Source: Camelus dromedarius
Taxonomy: Eukaryota
NCBI RefSeq assembly: GCF_036321535.1
Contig: NC_087436.1
Coordinates: 107,944,001-108,008,000, forward strand
Reading direction: 5' to 3'
DNA length: 64,000 nt
The position numbers were made by a program, and so were the translations under genes. The notes beneath the pieces are model-generated. The model ran no database searches. It had not been told where the DNA came from and saw only the letters and a program-made list of their open reading frames with translations. Position 1 is the first letter of the stretch. The number at the start of each line of letters is the position of its first letter. This document shows positions 49,745-63,790 of the stretch, one piece after another.

Positions 49745-49980
49745 GAAGAGGGGGAATATGATGGCAAATCACATTCTATCTCCACATAAGGAAGAATGTT
49801 CTCATGATAAGATTCCACCCAAAATAGAATGGATTATCGAAGAAATTAATGAGGGTTTAAAAAGAGACCAATCGACCATTCATTAAGAATAGCATGGAAA
49901 GAATTTCTTTCGGGTTGCTGAGTTTGGGTTAAATGATCTGTATGGACCTTGTTAAACGCAATGATCTTAGAATGTAAGAT
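49745..49980 (+). mobile_element. CR1/L3 3' end
   Basis: 'cataaggaagaatgttctcatgataaga...aaatagaatgg...gggttaaatgatctgtatggacctt'. Confidence 0.65.
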
Positions 49981-50244
49981 GACAGACTGTTACAACTTTA
50001 AAAAACGTTGAGGATCACCACCTTAGTTCATGAGCATTATACAAATTAAAGAGAGAACATACCTCAGAGGTCTTCCTTTAAAAGGACAGCTTCAGTAGAA
50101 ACAGTAATTTTCACAGTTATTTAAAATATGTATGAAACAAGCATTTGAGAGACAAATAAAAGGTAATTTATACTGATTTCTTTCATATGCTACCAGGTAG
50201 TAACAATTTCAGAGCAAGTGTTTCTCTGTTAGGAAAGTATCTCA

Positions 50245-50710
50245 ATGAGATCAGTTGGTGTGATTGGGTTGTAAGCAATAGACAGTGGTGGTGCATGACA
50301 TAAGCAATAATGGAATTTGTTGATAAGACAAAGTAGCTCACAGAATTGAAGAAAATTCTGAGACATTGGCTTTGAAAAGGACAAGGACCAAACCTTTGTG
50401 AAGATCTGGGTATCAAGAACTCATGTATAGCGTCCCCAGGATGCCATCAGGGAGGTCAGTGCTGGCCATTTCAGATCTTTGTGTCACTCTGCTCAAGTTT
50501 CAAATTCTGGTGAAAAGGTTTGAGAGAATATCATTTCAAAGCCTAACCTGGGTCATATGTTCACTCCTTGGCCTGGAAAAGAAAAACTCCCTGACCAACA
50601 TATTATTCAGTGGTAGGCGTGGGGAGATAGTTTCCCGAGGCAAAATTGCAGAGCCATTTTTAGAAGGAGGAATGCAAGCTGGACAGAGGAAAGCACAGAT
50701 AGGCACCATG
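50245..50710 (-). mobile_element. Old MLT1 LTR
   Basis: 'ggttgtaagcaatag...ggaatttgttg...gtagctcacagaattgaag...tttgtgtcactctgctcaagtttcaaattc...gcctaacctgggtcatatg'. Confidence 0.7.
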
Positions 50711-51360
50711 ATGAGCCACTCTGGTCCGAGACATGAATTTTTAACTTCTGTTAGCACAGTCACATAGAATGTTCTCTTTTGAGTTGCTGCCTTTGCTTAC
50801 CATGCCCTAACTTTTCTCTAATACCCTGAACCTGCCCTACAAGTCTACGGTGCATGATGACCTCAAGTTCACGGTTCTTTGGAAAGGTGGAGAAGCAACA
50901 TGGGGTAAGGTATGGTAACAGTAGAAGAGGGCTCCACAAAAGCCACAAACATTTGTTGGGAAGCAAGCTCCCGACCAGGAAACTAAGCTGTCCTGGAATC
51001 TGTGAGAGTGGCAGGATGCAGAGTAGGGAGGGGTAATCTCTACATAATCTGAAATGGAGATTTAAGGCATCTTACGTGCTGACTAACCCACGTGATAGCT
51101 CTTTATCCTGCAGCTGCTTTGTCCCACGCCAGACTTGAGTTTGTGCTCAGTACTGGTTTACGTTTTTCAAAGAAGAATGTACTTGTGCAAGAATGTGAGT
51201 ATTCTCTCTTTTGTAGAAAGATGGAGGAGGTCAGTCGCCTCACGTATGTTATCGTGTAGCCTTCAAATACCTGTTTGGCATTTAGAAAAATTCCTCTAGA
51301 AGATTTAGAGGTATGTAACTTCAGATTTTTGTAATAGTCTGGTTGCATCACATGAACTTT

Positions 51361-51656
51361 ATTTTTAAATTTTTAAATTTTTTTATTGAAGTATAGTCAG
51401 TTTATAATGTGTCAATTTCTGGTGTACAGCATAATGTTTCAGTCATACATATACACACCTATATTCGTTTTCATATTCTTTTTCGTCATAGGTTATTACA
51501 AGATACTGAATATAGTTCCCTGTACTATACAGTAGAAACTTGCCATTTTTCTATTTTATATACAGTAGTTAGTATCTGCAAATTTCGAATTCCCAGTTTA
51601 TCCCTTTCTACCCCTTCCTCCCTACCCTGTAACCATAAGACTGTTCACTGTGTTTG
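51361..51656 (-). mobile_element. Young 5'-truncated L1 3' end (camelid type)
   Basis: 'ttgaagtatagtcagtttataatgtgtcaatttctggtgtacagcataatg'; 16-bp TSD gcatcacatga(a/c)cttt at 51345-51360 / 51657-51672. Confidence 0.95.
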
Positions 51657-54502
51657 GCATCACATGACCTTTAATACAGATAAATTATTGTCTAGTTTAA
51701 AAAATAGCCTGCAAATTCCAACAGAATATGATGTTACTTATTAGGATTTAATTTTGATTTATTATTCATTCAATTACATTTTCCATGTGAATGTAAGTGC
51801 TAGGATATCTACCTAGTTATATATACTGAATAACTTAAATTTAATAAAACAGTGTTGAGGGACTATAACTTTCAAAGAAACAGAGCCTTTTATCTTCCTT
51901 TAAACTGTTTGTCATATTGCCTTCTGAAGGATAATTTTGACTTAATTCAAGGAACTCTGTTGAGTCCTTAAAAATAACTTTTTCTCTTGCCTACTATATT
52001 TTAAGTAACTTAACTATTTGATGGAAAGGAATTCATATAAAATCATGTACAGCAGTAAATATTGTGCAACTATCGTGGATAATAGGAATGTGAGATATTC
52101 AACTGTAATTTTGTTCATACTTTGATCCAGTGTAATGTGGGAAATCATTTTGTAGTCCATTGAGGAAGTACAGAGGTATTTTTTTTAACCTGTGAATACC
52201 AAACCCCAAACTGTATTTAAATTACCTCTCTATGGGTATAAATGTTGATACCTTTTTAAACTGGCCAATGGGGAATGGTGGGCAGTTCAGCATAGAAGTT
52301 GAGACTGCTGGCTGAACAGTGTTGCAAATGATATCAACATTTGAAGTATAGTCCAATATGAATTCAGAAAAGGGTTGTATGATCATAATATTATGTATCA
52401 GGAGATATAAAATGAGGATAAACTAGCAGGTAACCAGAATACATGGACGAAATTCACTAAGGAAGGAATTCCACTCTTACTTAGCTGAGATGAGAAGGTT
52501 CTGCATGAGACCCTGCCCTCCCAGGGGAAGGGTCATGTCACGTACCCGTGTGGTACTAGTCCAGGAAGGGGCCTTAGGGATCGCCCACTGCAGTAGCTCC
52601 ACTTTTACAGTATGAGAGTGTGAACACTTCTTCAAGATAACAGAAATAATGAGGTTGGCATAAAAAGACCCGGCACCCTGGTCTCCTGACTTTTCCTCAC
52701 GTCACTTTCATGGATTCCTCTTAGTTACTGTTGCTGGTCAGGGGTGGGGGTGAGGATAAAAAGAATTTGCCCCCCACCCCCACCTTTTTCTGCCCTCTGG
52801 AGCCTGAAAGGACATAATCAAGTGGAATGTCTTCTTTTCCACAGCATAGCAGAAGATGCAGGCCTTATTATCTGGTGTAAAGTATGTGAATTAGAAATTA
52901 CTTTTTCATCCTTAAATTTTGTATTCAATATTTTATGGCACTTAAGTGAGTAATGAATTATTTTTGTCCTAATTCATTATTTATGGAATGCTTTTAACAA
53001 AATTTAATGTAATTCCACAAAATGACAGGCATAGGGAGAAAAATGTGCCTGGAGATAATTGGCCCAGTGCTGCCCAAAAGAATTTAAGACATTCTTTTGG
53101 TAGAATAATTGATGGTGTTTCTAAGAAAAGCCTGTTCAGGAGCGGCAGCAGATGATCAACTTTCAGGGTACAGAAATCCAGTGTATAAAATTTTCTTTCT
53201 GTCTTTGTGCCATCTCAATTAAATGAATTTACACTTGGGGGCAAGCTTATTTTGAATAATTTCTATGGCTGCATCATAACTGAATTACTTAGTTATGCTT
53301 CTGAGCTATAGAGGAGAAAGGGAAAATCTGTGGAAACCCTCAAAGTGGATGGTTGTCAATTTTGGGGGGTCTGTTTGTTATCTTTGCCTTTGTCTCTTGG
53401 TATTTATCCCAGCTTGTGTTTGAGCTTCTAAACCTTCCACAAAACCTCTGTGCTTGGGAAAAGATACCTCCCTCCAGCTCCTGGATTAAGGCCATTCGTA
53501 CATCCGAGGCTCTGACCACAGAGCTATTTTCAGGGCTCTGGAACTAACTGAATCCAGAAAATATGTGTTAGGGTTTTCTGGGAAGAAGTTTCTTTGCTTT
53601 TTGACAAGGGACTTTTTATTTCTCTTTCCCATAACATTTCCCTTTTCTTTAGGGAACCGTTCCTTTTACAGCGTGAGATAAGGTGTCATGTAAAAACATT
53701 GTGATATTAGAGATCCAGTTAACTGCAAGTTTACCAATAGCCAAGTTTTGTGATTTATTTCAAAATATGTTCCACTGTTTGTTTGTTTTTCCTGGAAATG
53801 CGCGCTGAAGTAGAATAAAATGTGCTAAGTGTCAACATCCTTCTCTTGGGTTAAAACTTGGAAAAATAGGACACGTCTTGTCACCGTTGAACACCTGGGT
53901 TTTCGCAGCAGGCTGTAGCTCCTCAGTCACGGGTAAAGGTGAGGCAGTTATCTCCCTCCTCCTCTTTACTTTCAGGCAGAAGCTGTTGATGTCCAGTAAT
54001 TGGGTTTTTCCAGGGTGTCTACAGAAGAAAGGACATGTCATCAAGGAGTGCAGCTGAGTCCTTTGGATGCAATTCTCTCTGTAATTTAGATTTTTTTGTT
54101 TTGGTATGAAACACCAATACTAAATGATGTATAACCTAAAGATTACCAAGATGAAAACCCATGTATCCACTTTACAGCTCAAAAGGAAAACATAGCAGGT
54201 AATTTAGGAGACCTTTGTGGGGCTCCTGGTTGAGTTTACCACCAGTAACCCCAGAAATTAACCACCACCCTCAATTTTTCCTTGCTTTTCCTTATAGATT
54301 CACCACCTATACCTGTATCCCTAAGTAACATATTTTTAGTTTTGCCTGTAGTTGAACTATATAAAATTGAGTTTTACTATATGTATTTTTTGGTGACTGT
54401 TTAATTTGCTAAATACTATGTCTTTGAGGTCATTCCATACTGAAGCTGTTACCTGTGGTTCATTCAATTTCAGTATTGAATGGAATAAATATACCTCATT
54501 CC

Positions 54503-54506
<4 letters not shown>

Positions 54507-54537
<31 letters not shown>
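54507..54537. repeat. (ATTG)n microsatellite
   Basis: Direct observation. Confidence 0.95.
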
Positions 54538-54900
54538 AAAATTTGGTTTGCTTCTAGTGTTTTTCATTACAAACAGCAAAGAACATTTTCATGCACGTCT
54601 CCATGTGTGCAGACATTTCTTTAGAGAAGGGTTACCGGGATATAGAGTATGAAAGTTGAAAACATAATTTGTAATGCTAAAATGTTTTCCCAAGTTGTTG
54701 CACCATTTTATTCTCCTCCACCCCTCGATAACTGCTGAAAGCTTGAATTGATTCACACGGTCATTTATGCTTACAGTTGGACACTTAAAAAATTTTAAGA
54801 TCATTAGTAATTATATGGTAATGTTTCATATTTAAATCGCATTTACCAAATTACTAATGAGATTGGCTGTCTTTTTATCTTTGACAGGCCATTTAAAACC

Positions 54901-57780
54901 TTTTATTGGGTTTTTATAAGACAAGTTTTGGAGCGGTTTTAGGTTTACAGCAAAATTGAGAGGGAGGTACAAACAGTTCCCATATTCCACCTGTACCCAC
55001 ACATACAGAGCCTCCCCTTTTGTCAACATCACTCAACAGATTAGTACATTACTTTTTTTTTTTTTTTAACCACAGGTGACTCTACATTGACACCTAATTA
55101 CCCCAGTTCTATAGGTTATACCCTAGAGCTCATACCTGGTGCTGTACATTCTACGGGTCTGGACAAACGTATAATGACACATATCCCTCAGTATGTATCA
55201 TATGGAGCATTTTCACTGCCCTAAAAGCCCTCTGCACTCTCCCTATTCATCTCTCACCCCTAGCAACCACTGATTGGTTTTTACTGTCTCTATAGCTTTG
55301 CCTTTCCCCAAATGTCATAGTGGGACTCCTACAGTATGTAGCCCTCTTGGATTGGCTTCTTCACTTAGAAGTATGCACTCAACTTTTCTCTCTGTCGTTT
55401 CATGGATTGATAACTCATTTCTTTTTAGTACTGAATAATACTTCATTGTCTGGATGTACCAAAGTTTATTTATCTTTTCACCTACTGAAATACATCTTGG
55501 CTGCTTCCAAGTTTTGGCAGTTATGAATAAAACTGCTATGAACATCCCTGTAGATTTGACTGTACGTGTAAGTTTTCAACTCCTTTGAATAAGTACCAAC
55601 GAGTGATTGCTGGATTGTATGGTAAGAGTGTGTTTAGTGAGTAAGAAACTGTCTTTGAGAGTGGCTGTACCATTTTACCATCCCATTAACAATGTATGAG
55701 AGTTCCCATTGCTCCACATCCTCACCAGGACTTGGTGATGTCAGTGTTCCAAATTTTGGCCATTCTAATAGGTATATAATGGTATCTTATTGTTGTTTTA
55801 ATTTGCATTTTCCTGATGACATATGATGTCATCTCTTCATATGCTTATTTCCCACTTGTATGCTCTTTTGATGAGATGAATGTTAAGGTCTTTCGCCCAT
55901 ATTTTCATCAGATTGTTGATTTTCTTACTGTTGAGTAGTAAGAGTTCTGTGTATATTTTGGATAACTGTCCATTATCAGATGTATCATTTGCAAATATTT
56001 TCTCACAGTTTGTGGCTTGTCTTCTGCTTCTCTTGACATAGTCACTTGCAGAGTGGAAGCTTTTTCATTTTAATGAAGTTCAACGTATTACTTATTTCAT
56101 TTATGGATCATGTCTTTGGTGGTGTGTTTTAAAAGGGTATCATTATACATATCCCAGGTCATCTAGGTTTTCTCCTATGTTATTTTCCAGGAGTTTAATA
56201 ATTTTGCATTTTAGATCTGTGATCCATTTTGAGTTTAATGATCAATTTTGAATACATTTTTGTGAAATGTACAATGTCTGTGTTTAGATTTTTTTTCTAT
56301 GTGGATGTCTGCTTTTTCTAGCACCATTTGTTGAAGAGACTCTCTTTGCTCCATTGTACTATCTTTCTCTTTGCTCCATTGTACTATCTTTGCTCCGTTG
56401 TCAAAGATAAGTGGACTATAATATGGGGGTCTATTTCTGGGTTCTCTATTCTGTTCCATTGATCTATTTGTCTGTTCTTTTTCCAATACCACACTGTTCT
56501 GAAGAGTGGTAAGTAAGTCTAAAAGTTAGATAGCATCAGTACTTCAAGTTTTGTTATTCAATTCTGGGTCTTTTTCCTTTCTGTATAAACTTTAGAATCC
56601 ATTTGTTGATATCCATAAAGTAATTTGCTGGAATTTTTATTGGAATTGCATTGAATCTATAGAGCAAGTTGGGAAGAACAGATATCTTGACAATATTGAG
56701 GCTTCCTATCCATGATCATGGCATATCTCTCCATTTGTTTAGTTCTTTGATTTCATTCATCAGAGTTTTGTAGTTTTCCTCATATAGATATTGTGCATAT
56801 TTCATTAGATTTATACTTAAGGACTTATTTTTTCGGGTGCTAATGTAAATGATGCTGTTTTTAATTTCAAACTCCACTCATTCATTGTTGGTATATAGGA
56901 AAGCAGTTGACTTGCATGTAGTGATCTTGTATCCTGTAACCTTGCTATAATTGCTTATTAATTCCAAGAATTTTTTTTGTTGATTCTTTAGGAATTTTTA
57001 CATAGATGATCATATTATCTGCAAAGACAGTTTTGTGCCTGCTTTCCCAATCTGTATACCTTGTATTTGCTTTTCTTGCCTTGTTGCATTAGCAAGAACT
57101 GCCAGTAAGATACTGAAAAGGAGTGTTGAAAGGAAACATCCTTGCCTTTGTATCTGACCTTCATGGGAAAGCTTGAATTTTCTCACCATGAAGTATGATG
57201 CTAGATGTGGGGATTTTTTGTAGGTTGTCTTTAACAAGTTGAGAAAGTTTCTGTCTTCCTAGTTTATGATATATTTTATCATGAATGAGTGTTGGATTTT
57301 GTCAAATGCTTCTTCTCTATCTATTGATATGCTCATGTGAGTTTTCTTTTTTAGTATATTGATGTGATAAATTACATTAACTGATTTTCAAATGTTGAAT
57401 GAACCAGCCTTGCATATCTGGGTTAAATCTCATGTGCTATAATTCTTTTTATACTTTTTTAGATTTAATTTGCTGACATATTGTTGAGAATTGTCGCATC
57501 TATGTTCATGAGAAATACTAGTTTTCTTTTCTCATAGTGTCTTTGTCTGGTTTTAGTATTAGGGTAATACTGGCCTCATAGAATGAGTCTGCTTGTATTC
57601 TCCGAGGAGATCGTAGAAAATTGGTATGATGTCTTCCTTAAATGTTTAGTAGAATTCACCAGTGAACTCATCTGAACCTGATGCTTTCTGGGTTTTTTTT
57701 TTTTTTTTTGAAAATTGTTAATTATTGATTCAATTTCTTTAATGGATACAGGCCTATAAAAATTATTTATTTCCTCTTGT
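54901..57780 (-). mobile_element. L1MC1/2-type, ~2.9 kb, 5'-truncated, ORF2 decayed
   Basis: 3'UTR 'ttttaggtttacagcaaaattgag...gtacattcta...ttcactgccctaaaa'; ORFs 55315(-) MFIAVLFITAKTWKQPRC, 56235(-), 57010(-) [25 protein letters not shown], 57576(-) are L1 ORF2 remnants. Confidence 0.92.
56341..56390. repeat. Perfect 25-bp tandem duplication inside L1MC
   Basis: (tctctttgctccattgtactatctt) x2. Confidence 0.95.
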
Positions 57781-58681
57781 GGGTTGTTTTTCAATTATTT
57801 CTTATCGAGTTTTTCAAAATAGTCAAACATCAGCTTAACTAGCTTTTTGTCATCTCTGATTTATCTTTTCACTCTTTTTAAACTTTTATATAGTAGAATT
57901 TATCACTGTCTTTTATGGTTCACACTTTGTTTCTTATTTAAAAAAATCTTACTCTAGGTTCATAGTGAAGCTTTTTGTATTTTATTCCTAAAAATTAAAA
58001 ACAATTTGCCTTTCATATTTATGAATTTGATTCATCTGGAATTTGTTTTGGGTTGAGAGGGTAATTAATTGCCCCAAGACCATCCTTCCTCCTCCAACCC
58101 ACAAATCCCACCCTGTCTCTGTATAGTGCTGACTGTGTCTTTGAGCTCGCCATTCTATATTCTCTACATCCATGAGCCAGTGCCACAATGCATCAGTTAC
58201 CATTTCTTTACTTTTTAAAAAATATTTATTTATGGCTTAGAAAATCTTCTACGTCATTCTTTTCAAGAGTCTCGACTAGTCTTGTCCCTTTTCTTTTCCA
58301 TATCAGTTTTAGAAGAAGTTTATTAGGTTCCTTGGGAGACACTACTGAGATTTATTGATTTTCCTATATTTGAGCATAGATTCTTCATTTATCGAGGGCT
58401 TCATTACCTTTCAACAGTTTTATTTTCTCTATTAAGGCTTTTATATCTTTTGTTAGATTTGCTTCTAGGCATCTTATTGCCTTTCTTGCTAACCTAAAAA
58501 GTATCTTTCCTCAATATAGAAGTTTTCTGGCTTTGACCAGTTTATATAAATGTAACTAAATTTTTAATTGATTTTGTATCCAATTGTTAAACAAATCTCA
58601 TATTAATTCTTATTATTTATCTGTATATTTGTATGTGTGTGCATTCTGTGTACACAAATCATGTGCTAAGTATGTTTCTTA

Positions 58682-59125
58682 ATGAAGACATTATGCCAAG
58701 TGAAATATGCTAGATAGAGAAAAACAAATACTGCATGGTATCATTTATGTGGAGAATCTTTTTGAAAAAAAGCAGATCTAATAGAAACAGAATAGAATGG
58801 TGATGCCAAGGGTGTGGGGAAATAGGGAGATGCTTGTCAAAGGGTACAAACTCTGTTATAAGATGAATATGTTCTGAGGATCTAATATACAGCATGGTGA
58901 CTATAGTTAATAATATTATATTCTATACTTGAAATTTGCTGAGAGTGGATCTTAAGAGTTCTCACCACACATGAGAAAAGAGTTAACTGTGTGAGGTGAT
59001 GGATATGTTAATTAACTTGTTCTTGGTAATCATTTCACAGTGTGTATACATATTATATCATCATGTTATATATTTTAATATATACAATTTTATCAGTTTT
59101 CCTCAATAAAGCTGGAAGAAAAAGA
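58682..59125 (+). mobile_element. L1MA9-type 3' end nested in the older L1
   Basis: 'gacattatgccaagtgaaata...gtcaaagggtacaaact...gatctaatatacagcatggtgactatagttaataa...ctcaataaagctgg'. Confidence 0.9.
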
Positions 59126-62100
59126 TACATATAAAACAAAAAAGTCCCTTCTAGTCCTAGTTAGCTAGGATGTTGTTGTTGTTGTTGCTCTTTTGATCTT
59201 CTCAATTTTATTTCTACTTCTCTTTCCTGCTTTCTATTTTCTTTGAGCTTAATCTGTTGTTCTTGTCCTGACTTTTAAAATTGATGCTTGACTCATTAAT
59301 TTGAAATTTTTGCAGTCTTTATGTATATACCAGTTAGTTGAATCCACCAAGTTTTGGTATCTAGTGTTGGGTTTTAAATATAATCCAATTCCCAATGAGT
59401 TCTTTGGCCAAGTGATTTAGTAGTGTTTAAAAATTTCCAAATATATATAATTTTTCTAGTTTTTTTTTGTTATTTTGTTATTGATTTCTAATCCAATTAT
59501 TTTGTGATTAGTGAATGTGGTATGTACTATGACACCAATCCTTCAGACACATTGAGAATATGTCTGTGTGTGTGTAACTACTCTATGTGAAAAATATTCT
59601 TTTATAATAGATGTGTATGTGTATTTAAGCAGGCTTGTTCACTGTGTTATTTAAATCTTCTATAGCTTTACAAACTTCTGTCTGTCTGATGTTTAAATTT
59701 CTGAGGCTCTATGGACTTTTTTAATGTTATCATGTAATTCCACTTATATTTTGCTTTATATGGTATGGGGTTGTGTTATTAGGGTATATACATATGTTAG
59801 AATTGTTTTCCAGGTAAATGGAAAAATTTATCCTTACATCGTCCTTCTCTTTATCTCTAAAAGTGCTGTCTCTTGAGTCTTTTTTGTTTACTAGTAATAT
59901 AGGCATACCAGTTTTCTTGTGGTTTATGTTTTGCTTTTCAAAATCTCTACTTTCAACCATTTGGTATTATGTTTTAGGTGTATCTTTTATAAGCAGCACA
60001 TAGCTGGGATTCTTTAATCCATATCTATTTATTTGGTTGCTGAAATATTTGGATTTGTTTCTATATAATTTGTTGTTTTTAAAAGTTCTTTTATTGCTTT
60101 CTTTTAGATTTTTCTTTTCATTTTGTTTCCTTTAGCTGTTTGGAAGTTTCACACTGATTTTCCATTCTTCTAGTAGTTACTTTTACACTTTGCCATTCCT
60201 AATTAATGAAATCTAAGATTAATAAATGTGTACCCATCTTTTTTTGGGCTACACAAGGATCTAAGGACATCTAATGACCATCATCCCCTTGCAATGTCAG
60301 TGCTGTTTTTTCCTCTATTGTCATTTCATCTTACTTTTCCCCATATGTATTTTTGCAGAGTTATGAAAATATTAGCCAACATATTTCTCGTCAGTTCTTA
60401 TTACATTTCAAAGCTCCCATCTGGTATCATCTGCCTTCATTCTTAATTATATCTATGATTATTTTAGTTAGTTTGTGGTAAACTCTATTTTGAATTTTGT
60501 CTGAAATTTCATTGATTCACTTTTGTGTTTGGAGTATATAATTTTACTTTGATTTTTTTTTCCTTATCAGCATTTGGAAGATATTATTTCACACTGCCTT
60601 CATTTTACTTAGAAGTCAATCATTATTCTAATTGCTATCCACCTCTAAATGATCTATCCTTTCTTTCTTTCTTCCTGCTTTAAGATCTTGTCATTCTCTT
60701 TGATATTCTGTAGGTTCACTATATGTACCTTGGAATAAATTTCAATTTTCAGTTTATATTTTTTACTAGAGTTCAGGATCCATGTCTTTCAACAGTTTTG
60801 GTATCTTTTCAAATATTGTTGCTTCTTTATCTCTATTATCTTCTGGAAATTTAATTATGTGTGTGTTAGATCTTCTTACAATACCTTGGTGTATCTTACA
60901 TGTTTTTCTTATTTCCCATATCTTTGTTTTTCTGTGCTTCAATTAGGGTGAATTCTTTGAAACTACTTCCCAGTTTACAAATTCTAATATTGTGTGTCTA
61001 ATCTGTTAGTCATTTCATCAAGTAGTAATTTCAATAATTATTTATAGAAATTCCTTTAGATTTTTTTAAATGTACTCAGTTATTTTTAAAATTGAGTTTC
61101 TTACTACAAAGTCCTGTTTTAAATTTTAAGTTTTGATGGTATTAATACACATAGTTAGCATTCTGTAGAGATAGTTACTATAAGTGAAGTACTTGTGAGT
61201 GTTACTCTACTGTGTTTTTTCCCCCAAACTCTCATTAATGGTGCCTTTTTCCTTGTTTTTAACTTGGAACTGCTTTTTTTACTTAAAATTTTTTATATGG
61301 GAATTCTCTGAGGCCAGGGTTGAAGATGTTTTCCCCTAGAGAAAGTTCTTGTTTGTTATTTCAGACATCAGGGAGTCTACCACACCTGTAACACTTTAAA
61401 TTAAATCCTTGGCTTGCTGCTTTTTTGGTGACACAGGAGTGTGAATTTAGACTGTGAATCCGTATGAGGTCCAGCTTGTGTTAGAGAGTCTCAGGAGAGT
61501 TTATTTATTTATTTGTTCTCAACACAGTGCCAAATTCACAACAGGCAGGTTTGCCTGTTTTTCCCTTTTTTTGTGGGGGAAGATGATTTCTTCTTCAATT
61601 TTATGGTTCTGTGTTTATGCATAGATTTCCTGTCCTCTGTGCTCTGAGTATCCTTTAAAAATGAATCTTAAGTTTTCCAGAATTTGGCAGAAACCCTCAG
61701 GATGAAAGCAACCTTTGGTGCTTGATCATCCACTACTTTCTGCTTTAACCATGTTTTTGGCTTCTCTGAAATTCTTTCCTTGTTTCAGTTTATTAGTACA
61801 TTAAAATGTTTTCAGTATTTTATTAAAGTATTTCTTCTGTAGTGTTAGAGAGTAAAATCTCCCAAGAAGTACTTATTTATTCCATTTCCTTTGGTTTATT
61901 CCTAAGTCTCTTATGTTCCTCCCTTCTTACTTTTTTTCTTACTGTTTGGCTATGGGACTTGAACACAGTTTTATTAATTTTACCTGGAAGGAATTTGAGA
62001 TGTGCAAATTGTAGCCATTTCTCTCTACAGGATAACTGTAGTTTTTAACTTATTTAGTGTGAAATATCTAAACACAAGTGAAATTTACTTTGTGTTTTAA

Positions 62101-62448
62101 CGTTTTATTACTTATATACATTTGTGTTATTGACCAATTGGATTATTATTGTAAGATAAAGTCTTAAGTTTACTTTTATGAGGGAATCTATTATACTACC
62201 AAAAATAGTGCATGTAAAGAAATATTAACTACATATGATGTTATTTGAATTCATTTCCATGGTAATTTATTTCCTATATTATTTAGTTCTGTATATTGTA
62301 AACATTTCTTTTTCTCTTGTGAAAACAGACTCAAAAAATTGTTTTAAGGCTCCTTCTGCCGTCATTTCTAAATCTTCAGTATTTACTTTAAATCTCAAAC
62401 ATAACCATTTCTACCTGTTATTCACTCAGTTCTCATCATATGCACATG

Positions 62449-62475
<27 letters not shown>
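62449..62475. repeat. (AT)n microsatellite
   Basis: Direct observation. Confidence 0.95.
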
Positions 62476-62482
<7 letters not shown>

Positions 62483-62768
62483 ATTTAAAAGAAATAAATA
62501 CGTCTTTTGTTATTTACAGCAGAGTTTTCTTCAATTTACAATTAGTTGAATTTTAGTCAAGTCATTAGACTTTACATTATTTGCAATTTTTTTATCCTTA
62601 TTTTTTTCGACATGTGGTGCCATCTTTAATATGCCTGAACATTGGTTTACTAAAACAGTCTTATTTCAGTGACCACTCTCTTAATTTCAGTTAAGTCCTA
62701 TAACTTTTTTCCTAGACTGGTTTGAATAAGTTCTTTAAAAAAGACACTTTGTTGACTAGTTCTCTACA

Positions 62769-62788
62769 TGTTGTTGTTGTTGTTGTTG
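62769..62788. repeat. (TGT)n microsatellite
   Basis: Direct observation. Confidence 0.9.
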
Positions 62789-63169
62789 CTGTTCTGTTAA
62801 TACACGAATATGTTAAGACCAAGGTATCTGGGTGGGAAGAGTCTAGAAAAGAGTCTAAAAGGACTTTAACTAGGATGGTGAACCTTTTATAGAATTATTC
62901 TGCCTTTCCAAATATTTCTGGATTCTTACTCATTTAGTAGTAGTCAGTATGAAATCACTGCATTGCTTCAGTTAAGAATCCATACAACTTGTATGCTTCT
63001 GGTGGGTTTTCAGAATCACATTGTTCTGTTGGCAGACAAAGTCCCCATACAGCTCTGTCAAAACTGACATTGTAGACTTCAGATGTGTACAGACATTTAG
63101 GGTAAGACCTAAATGAATTCCAATAGCTTATAAGACTATGTGCTCCATCCACACAACTTTTCTAATTTT

Positions 63170-63570
63170 CTCTCTTAGCACTTTCCTTTTGGCTCATTAG
63201 GTATCAGTCATGCTGGCCTTCTTTTGGAACCTGAAAAGGCCAATGCCATTGCAACTTTAGGTCTTTTGAACTTTCTATCCTCTTTAAAATGTGTATGACT
63301 GGCTCCTTTTTTTGTTCAGGCCCTATCTTAAATGTTACCTCCCTAAGAGGCTCCTGATTCTCCATTTAAAGTTTTCTGCCATGATCTTTCATATTTTTTG
63401 GTTTTGTTTTCTTTACAGAACCTATAAATGCTAGTAATTATCTTGTTCTCCTTGTTAAAATATAGTTTCCATTAGAGCTGGACATTTTCTGTCATATTAA
63501 CTTTAACATCCCCAATACTTAAACATGTACATGGCACAGAGTAGGTGCTCTTATGTCAAATATATCAGTG
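63170..63570 (+). mobile_element. L2 3' end
   Basis: 'cagtcatgctggccttctt...cttaaatgttacctccctaagagg...tggcacagagtaggtgctc'. Confidence 0.8.
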
Positions 63571-63619
63571 CATGAGTCTACGTAATGAAATTCTCCTCAA
63601 CATAATATTATTGTTCTTA

Positions 63620-63790
63620 TAATAGTATGTAGCATTTTATAGTCTTAGTTTTCAAAGCATATTTACATACTTTGTTATTATCTTCAGTCATGTGGGAACC
63701 ATTCTAATTATCATAAGTGTAATAAAGAAATTTTATATAAAAACAGCCTGATGATAGGATTGTCAAGATACCTTACACAAACATCATAAT
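63620..63790 (-). mobile_element. MIR fragment, degraded
   Basis: 'tagcattttatagtc...ttcaaagcatatttacatac'. Confidence 0.5.

Larger units (their letters stand above)
54085..61860 (-). mobile_element. Long ancient L1ME/HAL1-type element (fragmented host of two nested L1s)
   Basis: 3' end at ~54.1 kb ('aacccatgtatccac...aaccaccaccctcaattt'), decayed ORF2/ORF1 antisense sequence at 57.8-61.2 kb, 5'-type sequence 'gggaattctctgaggccagggttgaag...cactttaaattaaat'. Confidence 0.7.

Noticed and set aside
55315..57794. ORFs resembling reverse transcriptase/ORF2 pieces
   Set aside because: Short, frameshifted remnants of a dead L1MC; not a functional RT or a novel retro-system.
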